DNA of 32,000 nt from Candidatus Nitrosopumilus koreensis AR1 (GTDB lineage: Archaea; Thermoproteota; Nitrososphaeria; Nitrososphaerales; Nitrosopumilaceae), in NCBI RefSeq assembly GCF_000299365.1, contig NC_018655.1:570001-602000 (forward strand). The letters are read 5' to 3'. Below, piece by piece: positions 1 to 10,400 of this stretch (positions are counted from its first letter, which is position 1; each line of letters opens with the position of its first letter). The notes beneath the pieces are model-generated. The model saw only the letters and a list, made by a program, of their open reading frames with translations, did no database searches and was not told the origin of the DNA. The position numbers and the translations under genes were made by a program.

Positions 1-1
1 T

Positions 2-1417
2 ACTGTCAGTGAAGTGAATGGCATCTGGGCAACTGTTTCAACATATGTTGATGGCGCAGTACTTTACTTTGATTCTGAAGGTAAAACATACTCTTTGGCA
101 ATTCATCCAAATTCAAATACATGGATTAGTTTTAACAGTCCTACGACTATTTCAAATACAATAATAAGTATCGATGACAGAGGATATTCTAGTGATGTAG
201 GTAGTGTTTCATATGTTACTCCAGATGTTACACCACAATCCCAATCAGCACCAGATGTACCCTTAGGCCTTCACGCAAATCTTTATTCTGACGATACTGT
301 ACAACTTACTTGGGTTTCTCCTTTAAACAATGACAAATATCCCATATTGGGATATAGAATAGAGTACAAAACCAATTCAGATAGTGATTGGAATGTTATC
401 TCCCAAAATAATGGACTTCAGACAATATTTGTTCACTCAGGACTTTTAGATAACAAAACATACACGTTTCGAGTATCGTCCATGAATATCTATGGCATAA
501 GTGATCCTTCAATTAATGCAAGTGTGACTACCGGAAGAGTGGTTCAACCAACTCCAACTAACACATACACGTCATCAGGTGTACTTCCAATATTTAATAC
601 CGACACATCAATTAGTTATGTCATTTCTGGTGGCAAAGTATTTGGTGTTGTACTCGACAGGGATGCAACTTCATTAGACTTCATGCTTGAAGGAGAAACA
701 GCCGGTACACTCTATACCCAATTATCAAGAACTTTAATTGATGCTATACAATCCGATGAAAGTGACAGATCTTTCTTTGTAACTGTTGATGGTGTCAATG
801 CTCAATTCACTGAAATTAAAACAGACGATTACAGAAACATGGTAATTTCATTCCCATCTGGTACAAACAATATATCTATAATCGGTACATCTGTGGTTCC
901 AGAATTTGGAACAATTGACAAAGAGTATGTTTTACCTGAGCCTGGAACTACTCCTGATTCATTTGTATATGGATTCAAAAAAGCATTTGAAGGGTTAGAC
1001 TTGTCATTTACATTTAATCAAAACGATAAAGTTTCAAAACATCTGAAATTTGCAGAACTTCGACTAAGTGAAGCTAAAGCAATGGTTCAAAAAGGAATGC
1101 CTGAACTAGTTGACGATTTAACAAAAGACTATGAAAAACAAGTATCTGGTGCAAAACAAATTGCCAACTCTGCTTCAGCATCTGTAGATAAAGCAGCATT
1201 AACTGAAACTATAATGTTAGCATCATCAAAACATATTCAAGTTTTAACTAGTCTCAAAGACACACTTCCCGAACAAGCACAATTAAGAATCCAAGTGATA
1301 ATTGATAATTCTAAAAAAGACATTGGTATTGCAATGAAAGAATCCTCCAACCGTGCTGCTGATGCAATGGTAAAGTCAGAAGAAATGAAAAAAATAGCTG
1401 AATATAACAAGCCATAA
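2..1417 (+). CDS. FN3-domain surface protein with C-terminal DUF5667-like helical region, 5' truncated by window edge
   Basis: Track ORF starts at GTG 14, but the frame is open upstream to the window edge (act gtc agt gaa gtg). FN3-like stretch PDVPLGLHANLYSDDTVQLTWVSP...YRIEYKTNSDSDW...TYTFRVSSMNIYGISDPS; helical C-terminus GFKKAFEGLDLSFTFNQNDKVSKHLKFAELRLSEAKAMVQKG. Confidence 0.7.
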   Translation, partial: TVSEVNGIWATVSTYVDGAVLYFDSEGKTYSLAIHPNSNTWISFNSPTTISNTIISIDDRGYSSDVGSVSYVTPDVTPQSQSAPDVPLGLHANLYSDDTVQLTWVSPLNNDKYPILGYRIEYKTNSDSDWNVISQNNGLQTIFVHSGLLDNKTYTFRVSSMNIYGISDPSINASVTTGRVVQPTPTNTYTSSGVLPIFNTDTSISYVISGGKVFGVVLDRDATSLDFMLEGETAGTLYTQLSRTLIDAIQSDESDRSFFVTVDGVNAQFTEIKTDDYRNMVISFPSGTNNISIIGTSVVPEFGTIDKEYVLPEPGTTPDSFVYGFKKAFEGLDLSFTFNQNDKVSKHLKFAELRLSEAKAMVQKGMPELVDDLTKDYEKQVSGAKQIANSASASVDKAALTETIMLASSKHIQVLTSLKDTLPEQAQLRIQVIIDNSKKDIGIAMKESSNRAADAMVKSEEMKKIAEYNKP

Positions 1418-1626
1418 TCTAATTGATGATTGGTTCTATATGCGTAAAGTGAATACAATTAGTGGAAATACCGTAGAAAGAATGTGTGCTACATCTTGAA
1501 TTTGAATTAACCATGTGGTGTTTCTATTATTTTTTCAGATGGCACAAGAATGGTTGAATGTGATTAGAAAATGAAAACTATGTTTCTTGCAATAATTAAT
1601 GCAATTATAATTTTGGATAAGAGAAA

Positions 1627-1929
1627 ATGAAATTCAAAAAATCATATTTACTGTTAATTATTTTTCCAATTTATGGAACGATAGCCTCAATAGGAGGACA
1701 TTTACATGAAATGAATGCTCATGAAAGTTACATAACTTTATTTTTTAATCCCTTGGTGTGGATTTTTACAGATCCTCACATACGTTATTTTCCAGTTGAA
1801 AATTATCAGATTGTTTTAGGTCCTGAATTAATTTTATTTTTTATAATTATAAATATTATTTTTTGGATGCCAATTGGATTTATCATTAGTAAAATAATAC
1901 AGATACGAAAACCCAAATTATCTAAATAA
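1627..1929 (+). CDS. Small hypothetical membrane protein (100 aa)
   Basis: ORF with at least two hydrophobic segments (YLLLIIFPIYGTIASIGG; LILFFIIINIIFWMPIGFII). Confidence 0.55.
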   Translation: MKFKKSYLLLIIFPIYGTIASIGGHLHEMNAHESYITLFFNPLVWIFTDPHIRYFPVENYQIVLGPELILFFIIINIIFWMPIGFIISKIIQIRKPKLSK

Positions 1930-1995
1930 AATTAAAAAAAACATAATACAAAATAACAGCCATTGGTTGTGTAGAAAATGAAACCTAGACTTTCA

Positions 1996-2032
1996 TGCGT
2001 GCCAATACTTTGTAAACAGTATTTGGTGTGCA
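1996..2032. other. Intergenic imperfect inverted repeat / possible structured RNA hairpin
   Basis: TGCGTGCC-AATAC / tttgtaaaca / GTATTTGGTGTGCA pair with about 10 Watson-Crick and 3 G-U pairs and one bulged base. Confidence 0.35.
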
Positions 2033-2100
2033 AGCCTATTTTGAATACTTACGAAAAATTGACATAAATCATCTAAATACCCAAATGATTCATTATTCTC

Positions 2101-2349
2101 ATGGACTCTCCTATCTCAGTTGATGAAAATGGCCTGAAAATTAAACCTGAAAAAATGGAAAAAGAGAAACTCTATCACTGTATTTTCAAAGAAAAAGCAA
2201 TGTTAATTTTCAAAGATTCTCAGGATGTCATGAATTGCTATGAAATTGAAGAAAAAGATCTTGTTGAAAAAATTAAGAACATTAGTGACAATGACGATCT
2301 AGAAAAATTATTTGATGACTACCTCCATGAACAAGACCTGAAAAATTAA
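2101..2349 (+). CDS. Hypothetical acidic/basic small protein (82 aa)
   Basis: ATG ORF, charged, soluble composition; no family recognised. Confidence 0.5.
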   Translation: MDSPISVDENGLKIKPEKMEKEKLYHCIFKEKAMLIFKDSQDVMNCYEIEEKDLVEKIKNISDNDDLEKLFDDYLHEQDLKN

Positions 2350-2390
2350 ATAAAAGCGAGAGAGCATTTTGTTATTAAAGGAATAAAGAA

Positions 2391-2781
2391 TTGAGTGACA
2401 GTAAAAAATCAAAAGACGCAGAAGATATTTTATCCGAATTTGATTCTAGAACTAAATCTGAGCCAGAAACATCTCCAGTCTAAAGAAACAAAATCTTCCA
2501 AATCTCCAGAAGAACGAGATGTAATTTTTGTTGGTACAAAACCTATCATGACTTATGTTTCTGCAACTTTGACTCAACTTTCAACAAGACCTACTGTTAC
2601 CATAAAAGCTAGAGGAAAAAGAATTACACAAGCTGTTGATGTTTCTCAAATGATTGTAAAACGAATGGACTCTGTTGGGTATGTAATTAGTGATGTGAGA
2701 ATCTCATCTGATTCACTAACTTCTCAAGATGGTAAGCAACGTAATGTCTCTACCATGGAAATTGACATTTCAAAAGAATAA
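2391..2781 (+). CDS. albA: Alba family DNA/RNA-binding protein; N-terminal frame uncertain (see findings)
   Basis: Core ERDVIFVGTKPIMTYVSATLTQLSTRPTVTIKARGKRITQAVDVSQMIVKRM is Alba-like. Track ORF starts GTG 2395; an alternative TTG at 2391 lies in another frame with AGGA 8 nt upstream. Confidence 0.85.
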
Positions 2782-3001
2782 TTTTAAAATCCCAATTATA
2801 ATTTTAGGTGGAATTTTAATTGTTGGACTTTTACTATTTTTTTCAAATTATTCTTGTGGTGTACAGCACATGCAGATTTTAAACGAAATAAATTCTTACG
2901 AACAAACACTTGATCCTGAATTCTGTGAAGTGATTGTTGAAAAAATAGATTTGTTTAATGATGATTGTGAACCTCAAATTGAAATTCTTGATTGTGGTTA
3001 A
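2762..3001 (+). CDS. Small membrane protein with C-terminal Cys residues; start uncertain (track ORF 2729)
   Basis: Hydrophobic helix FKIPIIILGGILIVGLLLFFSNYSCG followed by an acidic tail. It overlaps the Alba 3' end, so a start near TTG 2762 is plausible. Confidence 0.5.
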   Translation: MTFQKNNFKIPIIILGGILIVGLLLFFSNYSCGVQHMQILNEINSYEQTLDPEFCEVIVEKIDLFNDDCEPQIEILDCG

Positions 3002-3618
3002 AACTCTATTTCTTGTAAAAATGTAATTCCAAAATAAATCAACATCATACTTAATCCTGTCATCAATATTTTGTAATTTTTGTTTGAAAGAATTTTTTTA
3101 CTTTTTGAAGCCAAAAATGAAACTGCACCTAACCATGCAAAATCCATCCATATGTGCAATCCGAACATGATTAACATGCCTGAAAATGCCCAAATCAACA
3201 TCGCATCTGAAATTAATTTGAATCCTATGGTCACCCACCATATGATGAAAAATGGATTTAATCCACTTAACAAAACACCTGTGATTAATGCACCTTGTTT
3301 TGAATTTGGATGTGAAAATTCTTTTTCTCTAAAAACTGTTCTAATTTGTAATATTGCAAATATGAACAGAGTTAATGCCCCTAAAATAGAAATGGTTGTT
3401 CTAAATTCTGGAAAACTTTCTAAGGAAAAAACACCAATTCCTAACAATATGACTAAGGGCAATTCTACTATTGCATGACCTGTGGCCATTTTGATTCCTG
3501 ATTTTGCACCTCCTCTTAATCCGTATGATATGTTTGCTGCAAAAAGTGGTCCTGGCGCCATGACTCCTGATGCTGAAATAACTATGACCAGTATGGCAAA
3601 TTCTAAAAATTGTTCCAT
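2998..3618 (-). CDS. LysE/RhtB family amino-acid exporter-like protein
   Basis: LysE-type N-terminus ASGVMAPGPLFAANISYGLRGGAKSGIKMATGHAIVELPLVILLGIG and multiple hydrophobic helices. Confidence 0.75.
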   Translation of the reverse strand: MEQFLEFAILVIVISASGVMAPGPLFAANISYGLRGGAKSGIKMATGHAIVELPLVILLGIGVFSLESFPEFRTTISILGALTLFIFAILQIRTVFREKEFSHPNSKQGALITGVLLSGLNPFFIIWWVTIGFKLISDAMLIWAFSGMLIMFGLHIWMDFAWLGAVSFLASKSKKILSNKNYKILMTGLSMMLIYFGITFLQEIEF

Positions 3619-3664
3619 TTACAAATTTTTGTTATTTTAATGAAATAAACATAATCTCAAGAAC

Positions 3665-4378
3665 TTACATGTACATGGAATCTTTTAGGTGATGTGATTC
3701 TTCCTCTGCTTCTTTGATGATTGTTTCAGCTTTTTCAGCTTCTCGCTGTAATGCTGAAACATCACATGTAGATCCTGGAATCAATTTTGACATTGCTACA
3801 CATAATTGTGCGCTAGAGTTAAAGTCAGGACCCTTTCCATCTGTATGAAAAATTATTACAATAACATCTTGTCCTGATATACTTGCTGCATTTAACAATG
3901 TGCCTGGAATTCCAGGTATTGTTCCATGTTCTAAAACTTTTAGTCCTGCATTTTTTATTTTTGCTCTTGCTGATTCAGTACTTCCAACCCCAATTATATC
4001 GTCATTTTCGTTGGGAGATTTTACCGCTATACTGCTTATGATTAATCCAATTTTGTGTTTTTTTGCCCAATTTAGCATTGTTTTAGCTGTTATTTTGTGC
4101 AATGATTGATCAAGTGTAAGATATGATGAGAATATGCCGACTTTCAATTCATCATTGACAAAAATTTTTGATGGGTAATTTGGCTTTCCATTTTTTATGA
4201 TACTGATTGGTGGAAATATGTCTGAATCAATTATTCCTGCTAACTCAAATTGTGATGTATGTATCATTGATTCTGTTGCAATTGCACTGCTGAATCCTGC
4301 TGATGGAAAACCGTCAATGAGATATCCTCCCTCTAAGTTTAATGGTCTTAATTCTTTAACTTTAATTTTAGGAAACAT
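3665..4378 (-). CDS. PAC2 family (proteasome assembly chaperone-like) protein
   Basis: PAC2 pattern: YLIDGFPSAGFSSAIATESMIHTSQFELAGIIDSDIFPP...; GTIPGIPGTLLNAASISGQDVIVIIFHTDGKGPD. Confidence 0.8.
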   Translation of the reverse strand: MFPKIKVKELRPLNLEGGYLIDGFPSAGFSSAIATESMIHTSQFELAGIIDSDIFPPISIIKNGKPNYPSKIFVNDELKVGIFSSYLTLDQSLHKITAKTMLNWAKKHKIGLIISSIAVKSPNENDDIIGVGSTESARAKIKNAGLKVLEHGTIPGIPGTLLNAASISGQDVIVIIFHTDGKGPDFNSSAQLCVAMSKLIPGSTCDVSALQREAEKAETIIKEAEEESHHLKDSMYM

Positions 4379-4414
4379 GATTGGTTTTTGTTTTTATTAG
4401 ATAATAGGTTTTAT

Positions 4415-5377
4415 CTAATTTTGTAATTTCGATACTAGTGTTGCATAAATAAATGGCAAAATTGTTGTTACTTCTGCATGTAATGTTGTTTGTTTTGCTT
4501 TTTGTGTAACTTTGCCCCAAGAAATTGCCTCTCTTACTAATGCCCCACTAAGACTACCGTCAAATTCTTGTGCAGTTGTAATGTAAAAAGCATAATCTAA
4601 CCCCTCTCTGTATTGATTCCACCATAACGTATGGTGTTTTGAGATTCCTCCGCCAATCATAAATGCTCCTGATTTTTTGGCTTTGAATACGTGTCCTGAT
4701 AACAGATTTGCATCCCCTGCCATGTTTAATTTGAAATCTCCATGTTTTTGTGTAAACAACCAAATCTGACTTCCCACTGCTCCGTCCATAATTCCTGGAA
4801 CAACAACATCTACGTTGTTTTTGTATGCCCAATAAAGAAATGAATCTTCACCTAAGTGTTTGCCAATCATCTTACAAATCTCTGTAGTTGTCATTTCTTT
4901 TGTGCCGTTTTGATATTCTTCTTCTAAAAATGACTGCATTTTTTCTTCTATAAGTGGACCATAACTATCCATAGGCACTAAAACATTGCCTAATCTGTGA
5001 ATATCTTGGTCGGCTAATTCCTTATCGTCCATCGTAAATGATCCTTCTTTGTAATGTGAAAAATGTCTGGCAATGTCATGATCTAATGCCCCACATGTTG
5101 TAATTACTATATCAAACCATTTGTTTTTGATCATGTCTTTGATGATTCCTCTTAGTCCTGTTGAAACTACAGCACCTACAAATGAAAGAAATCTGAGACA
5201 TTGTTTATCTGAAATCATTTCTGTTAAAATTCCTAATCCGTCTGAAAGGTTTACTGATTCGAATCCTCCTGATTGAGATAATTCCTCAAAAATTTTTTCT
5301 ATTGGCATGTTTGGACTAATCTCTATATCTTTTACGGGACGACCTGGCTCTAACATGATCTTAAACGTTGATGTCAA
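4415..5377 (-). CDS. dys: Deoxyhypusine synthase
   Basis: Conserved GGGISKHHTLWWNQYREGLDYAFYITTAQEFDGSLSGALVREAISWGKV (catalytic Lys region) and VVPGIMDGAVGSQIW. Confidence 0.9.
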   Translation of the reverse strand: MTSTFKIMLEPGRPVKDIEISPNMPIEKIFEELSQSGGFESVNLSDGLGILTEMISDKQCLRFLSFVGAVVSTGLRGIIKDMIKNKWFDIVITTCGALDHDIARHFSHYKEGSFTMDDKELADQDIHRLGNVLVPMDSYGPLIEEKMQSFLEEEYQNGTKEMTTTEICKMIGKHLGEDSFLYWAYKNNVDVVVPGIMDGAVGSQIWLFTQKHGDFKLNMAGDANLLSGHVFKAKKSGAFMIGGGISKHHTLWWNQYREGLDYAFYITTAQEFDGSLSGALVREAISWGKVTQKAKQTTLHAEVTTILPFIYATLVSKLQN

Positions 5378-5460
5378 GTATAAAATCCTGCCTTAATTTT
5401 CATTATTTTTTTAATTTCTCTAAGAAAACTTTAAACCCGTCCAATAACACCAATTTTCGA

Positions 5461-6555
5461 ATGGCAGGTAGAATCAAGGTAGGGTTAGTCGGAATAGGTA
5501 ATTGTTTTTCAGGTTTAATTCAAGGTATTGAGTATTATAGAAAAAATCCTGATCAAGAAGTTACTGGAATCATTCATGATAAATTAGCTGGTTATGGAAT
5601 TCATGACATTGATTTTGTTTGTGGTTTTGATGTTGGTGAGAATAAAGTTGGAAAATCTCTTCACGAAGCAATCTATGCATATCCTAACATGGTTGATTGG
5701 ATTCCAAAAGATGAATTGCCAAAAACTGATGCTAAAATTTACGAAAGCCCAATTTTGGATGGTGTTGGATTATGGGTGGAAAACAGAATCAAGCCTGTTG
5801 AAAATCCAAAATCTGTAGAAGAACTCACTAAAGAAATTAAGCAAGTAATCAAAGACACAGGTGTTGAAATAATTGTATCTTATTTGCCTGTGGGCTCTGA
5901 CAAAGTCACTGAATATTGGGCACAGATCTGTCTTGATACAAACACTGCATTTGTGAATTGCATTCCTTCGTTTATTGCATCTGATGAAAAATGGGCAAAA
6001 AAATTCGCTGAAAAGAATATTCCTTGTATTGGTGATGATATTAAAGGACAAGTTGGTGCAACTATTGTTCACAGAACATTAGCTAAGTTATGTAATGATA
6101 GAGGAACTAAAATTGAAAAAACATACCAAATCAATGTTGGTGGCAATACTGATTTCCTAAACATGAAAGAACAAGATAGACTTGTTTCCAAGAAAATTTC
6201 CAAAACTGAAAGTGTTCAAAGTCAACTTGATGAAAGATTAGATGATGATCAAATCTATGTTGGACCTTCTGACTTTATTCCATTTTTAGGTAATACAAAA
6301 CTTATGTTTATGAGAATTGAAGGTCGTCAATGGGCAAACATTCCTTACAATATGGAAGTTCGTTTAGAAGTAGATGACAAGGCAAATTCTGCAGGAATTG
6401 TAATTGATGCAATTCGACTAGCAAAAATTGCACTTGATCGAGGTGTGGGTGGGCCAATTAAACCTGCAAGTGCTTATCTGATGAAGCACCCGATTGAACA
6501 AACTTCTGATGTTAAAGCAAAAGCTGAATGTGAAAAGTTTGTTGCAGGCGACTAA
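5461..6555 (+). CDS. ino1: Inositol-3-phosphate (myo-inositol-1-phosphate) synthase family; likely start ATG 5461 (track ORF 5368)
   Basis: MAGRIKVGLVGIGNCFSGLIQGIEYYRKNP... Rossmann start; ISKTESVQSQLDERLDDDQIYVGPSDFIPFLGNTKLMFMRIEGRQWANIPYNMEVRLEVDDKANSAG. Confidence 0.88.
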   Translation: MAGRIKVGLVGIGNCFSGLIQGIEYYRKNPDQEVTGIIHDKLAGYGIHDIDFVCGFDVGENKVGKSLHEAIYAYPNMVDWIPKDELPKTDAKIYESPILDGVGLWVENRIKPVENPKSVEELTKEIKQVIKDTGVEIIVSYLPVGSDKVTEYWAQICLDTNTAFVNCIPSFIASDEKWAKKFAEKNIPCIGDDIKGQVGATIVHRTLAKLCNDRGTKIEKTYQINVGGNTDFLNMKEQDRLVSKKISKTESVQSQLDERLDDDQIYVGPSDFIPFLGNTKLMFMRIEGRQWANIPYNMEVRLEVDDKANSAGIVIDAIRLAKIALDRGVGGPIKPASAYLMKHPIEQTSDVKAKAECEKFVAGD

Positions 6556-7305
6556 TTATTGAAATTTATTATAATCTGAAAATCTTTTTTTACGTTCTAT
6601 CTCATACTTCTTAAGATCAAATTCTCGTGACACTCCTTGCTCTCCATTCACTTTGGTGATCTTTGTAGTGATTACTTTGTTATTTTGATGTAAATCTACT
6701 ATCAAACTGTTGCCTCCAAATTTGTGATTCTCTACATTAGCTGCTAGAATGGGGATTCTGTTCTCCAGTGATCTGACTTGAACATACATTTGCCATGGGT
6801 CTATACCTCTCTTGACAATTCTGCTTGGAGATAGCAATACTTGGGCTCCTTTTTTTGCTAGAGTGTTTGCCACTTGCGGAAATACCATATCATAACAAAT
6901 GATTATGCCAAATTTACAGGCAGTTTTGAAAATTTTTGCCTCTTTTCCAGGCTGGACATTATCTTTTTCATAGTCAAACGGGTGTATTTTTTCTTGTTTT
7001 CCTATGAATTCTCCTTTTGGCCCGATAATTGGCGATACTATGGATGACTTGCCTCTATTTGTCTCATAAAATGCGCCTGGAATTATGGTCATTCCAAAAT
7101 CTCTGGCAATTTCTTTGAATTCTTTAAACTGTAAATCCCAGTCTGAAATATGATTATTTTTTAACCATTGCTCAGGCAAACATACAATCTCAGTCTCTTT
7201 TCTTCCTAACTTTTTTAAAATTTTTGAAACATTTGAAATAGATTTCTGATCTGTATTGTATGTAACAGTTTGAACTAATCCTAATTTTGTCATACTTGTA
7301 AACAC
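6556..7305 (-). CDS. Carbon-nitrogen hydrolase (nitrilase superfamily)
   Basis: Glu/Lys/Cys triad contexts: IVCLPEQWL, GKQEKIHPFDYE, FGIIICYDMVFPQVANTLAKKGAQVLLSPS. Confidence 0.85.
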   Translation of the reverse strand: MFTSMTKLGLVQTVTYNTDQKSISNVSKILKKLGRKETEIVCLPEQWLKNNHISDWDLQFKEFKEIARDFGMTIIPGAFYETNRGKSSIVSPIIGPKGEFIGKQEKIHPFDYEKDNVQPGKEAKIFKTACKFGIIICYDMVFPQVANTLAKKGAQVLLSPSRIVKRGIDPWQMYVQVRSLENRIPILAANVENHKFGGNSLIVDLHQNNKVITTKITKVNGEQGVSREFDLKKYEIERKKRFSDYNKFQ

Positions 7306-7462
7306 ATTACTTGGTAATTATAGGTAGGCACGAGAAGGTTATTGTAAAATATTTGTCTTTACCGTTACGAAAAATATCATACTAAAACAAGAAAAATTAT
7401 GCAATAGTGTCAACTAAACTTGTTAAACATCGATTATCTCACCATTTGAGAGAATACTGCTA

Positions 7463-10400
7463 TTGGTTCATGTAAAAAAAGTTGAGATCTTTGGTTTCAA
7501 GTCATTTGGTTTTAAGAATACCACTGTTCAGTTTGAACCTGGACTTGTATCGATTTCAGGCCCTAACGGTTCTGGTAAAAGTAACATTTTGGATGCCATC
7601 ATTTTTGCAATGGGTGAAAATAAACCCAAAGTGATGAGAGTTGATAAATTAAGATCACTAATTCATGATATTGAAGGAAATAGACGTGGACCAAAAATGG
7701 CCCGATCTAGTGTTCACTTTGATAATTCTGATAGAAAAATTCCAGTTGATTCAGACACTGTTGAAATCACAAGAGAAATGGATGCCAATGGCGAAAACAC
7801 ATACTATTTGAATAAAAAGAAAACAAACCGAAGTCATATTCTCGATTTACTTGATATGGCAAATGCTGGATTGGGACAACTTAATGCTGTTCAGCAAGGA
7901 ACTGTAACTAGAATTTCTGAATTTACCTCTGAAGAAAAAAGAAAGACCATTGAAGATTTGATTGGTCTGTCATATTTTGATGAAAAAAAGGCCGAATCAG
8001 TAAAACAACTTGATGAAGCAGACAGGAGATTGGAAATTGCTCTTGCAAAAATGGGCGAAATTAAGAAACGAATTGATGAACTTGAAGAGGAACGTAATCA
8101 GAAACTACGCCATGATATTCTTGAGCGCGAATTGAACAGGTATAAGGCAATAGCTGCTGCCAATAAACTAAAAGTCATTTCAAGTCAAAAGGATTCCAAA
8201 GAATCCACTTTGCACTCACTTACTTCTGAAATTACTACTTTTGATGAAGAAAGAAATGTTTTGAGAAATGAAATTGGAACTTTGGAAACTGAAAAATCAA
8301 AGTTGATGGCCGAGGCTAATGATTATACTCAAGCAAAATCTTCCCTTGACACAGAAATTGCCACTGCAATGGAGCAATATGAAATTGACAATAGTGCTAT
8401 ATCTGCATCAAAGAAAAGAATTGAACAAATTGATTCTAGAATTCCTGAAATACAAAAAGAACTTGAAGATATTAATGCTGCAAGAAGTGACATCGATACT
8501 CAAATTTTAAAAATTAAAGAATCAATTGAAGAAACAACTGCTAAGAAAAACAAAATTAATTCTGACTTGGAAATTGTTGACACTCAAAGAAATAAAATTT
8601 TAGATGAACAATCTCAGGCTGCAGCAAAAAAATCTGAGATTGATGAAAAAATTAGAACATTAACCACTCAATTAAATGATGCTAAACTAAAACTTTCTAA
8701 ACTTCAACATGAAAAAGAGGATTCAAAAATAAAGATAGATGTAAACACTGCAAAGTTACAAGATCTTAAACACAGTATTGAGGAATTAACATCATCTAAA
8801 TCTAAATTAGAATCAATGATTACAAATCATAATGCAGCAATTGTTGAATTAAAATCCAGAATCAAGAACTTACAACTGAAAAAATCTAAAATTATTTCTG
8901 ATATGGATGAATGGGGAGAAATTCTAGAAAAGTCCAACAAAGCTGCAACACATTATGAATCAAAAATTAAAACTGTCAAAGGTTTCATGCATGAAGATTA
9001 CACTGTTGCAAAATTAAAAGAAGATGCAGAAAAACTTGGTATTGATGGCTTAGTTTATGAAATGATTTCTTGGGACAAAGAATATGAACGACCAGTTTTA
9101 GCTGTGAGCTCTGATTGGATTAAAGCTATAGTTGTAAAAGACTTTGCAACACTTCTTGGAATTGCAGAATTTGCTAGATCCAAAAAATTACCCAAATTGA
9201 AAATAATCCCTTTGGATGCCATTCCTAAATTCAAACTAAAATTACCAAATGAGCCTGATGTGATAGGGGTTCTTGCAGATTTTGTTCACTGCAAACCTGC
9301 CTATTCTGAACTCAAAACATTCCTATTTGGCAATATTGTTCTCACAAAAACTAGAGAGTCTGCATATAACGTGTCTCAGTCCGGCTATAAGGCCGTCACT
9401 ATGAATGGTGAGTATTTTGAAGCAAAAGGTGGAACTGTGGTTATTGATATTGATTCAAAAATCTCAAAACTCACAAAATTGATTTCAATGAGTAGTGATG
9501 TTGATGGTCTGTTCCAGTCAATTAATGCTGTAAAGAAATACTTGCTAATGAAAAAGAACTCTATCAAAAAGTTAGATGAGTCCATTCAGTCAAATTCAGA
9601 CAGACTGTCAATTTCTGAACAAGCATTGACATCTGTAAATGAAAACTATTCCCACCTAAAACCTAGAATTGAGTCTGCATTGTCCATGAAAGAGCAACTT
9701 GCAAAAAGAATCTCTGATTTGACTTCCCGTGACAGTATCATTGAATCTGAAATTCTTACAAATGAATCTCACATTGAATCTTTACAAGAGCGTATTTCTA
9801 TTGTTGAAGAAAACTATGCAAGTGGAGAACAAACACGTATTGCAAATGAACTATCTAGAATTAATATAAAGAAAGCAGAAATTGAAAAATTATACACTAC
9901 TATTACAAATGAATACCGTGACAAATCTTCACAACTAACAACTTTAGAAACTCAAGATAATCGTGAAAAATCTCAATCTAATCGACTTAATGATGAAGAA
10001 CGCTCTTTGAACTCTGAAAAAGAAGAATTGCAAACAAAAATACATGAATTAGAAAAACAAAAAGAATCTAAAAATGAAATTCTTGTTAAATTAAGACAAA
10101 AAGAACAAGAGCTCATTGAGACATCCGGTTCATCCATTGGTCAACTCAAAGAGTTTGATGATAAACTAAAAGTGCTATCTGAAAAAGATAGGGAGTTGAC
10201 TAAACAGATTAACACCTTGGAAAGACAATCTGATTCTTTGAATAGGGATTTGCATGATTTGGTTGAAAACGAGGTTAAATTACAACAAATTCTTTCTGCA
10301 TTTGGCTTTGATAAAGACATGGAAACCTTTGATGTGGAATCAATTGTTCAAGGTTTATCTGCAGAATTGGCATCACTAAACGCGTTAAATGCAAAAGCAC

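Noticed and set aside
1418-1626. Long intergenic region examined for a tRNA or small RNA
   Set aside because: No TTCGAAT-type T-loop, no acceptor-stem pairing and no clear ORF found.
4560-4832. 90-aa ORF listed opposite to or out of frame with deoxyhypusine synthase
   Set aside because: Lies inside a strongly supported gene and has a low-plausibility composition (RRCCCSRNYG). Treated as a shadow ORF.
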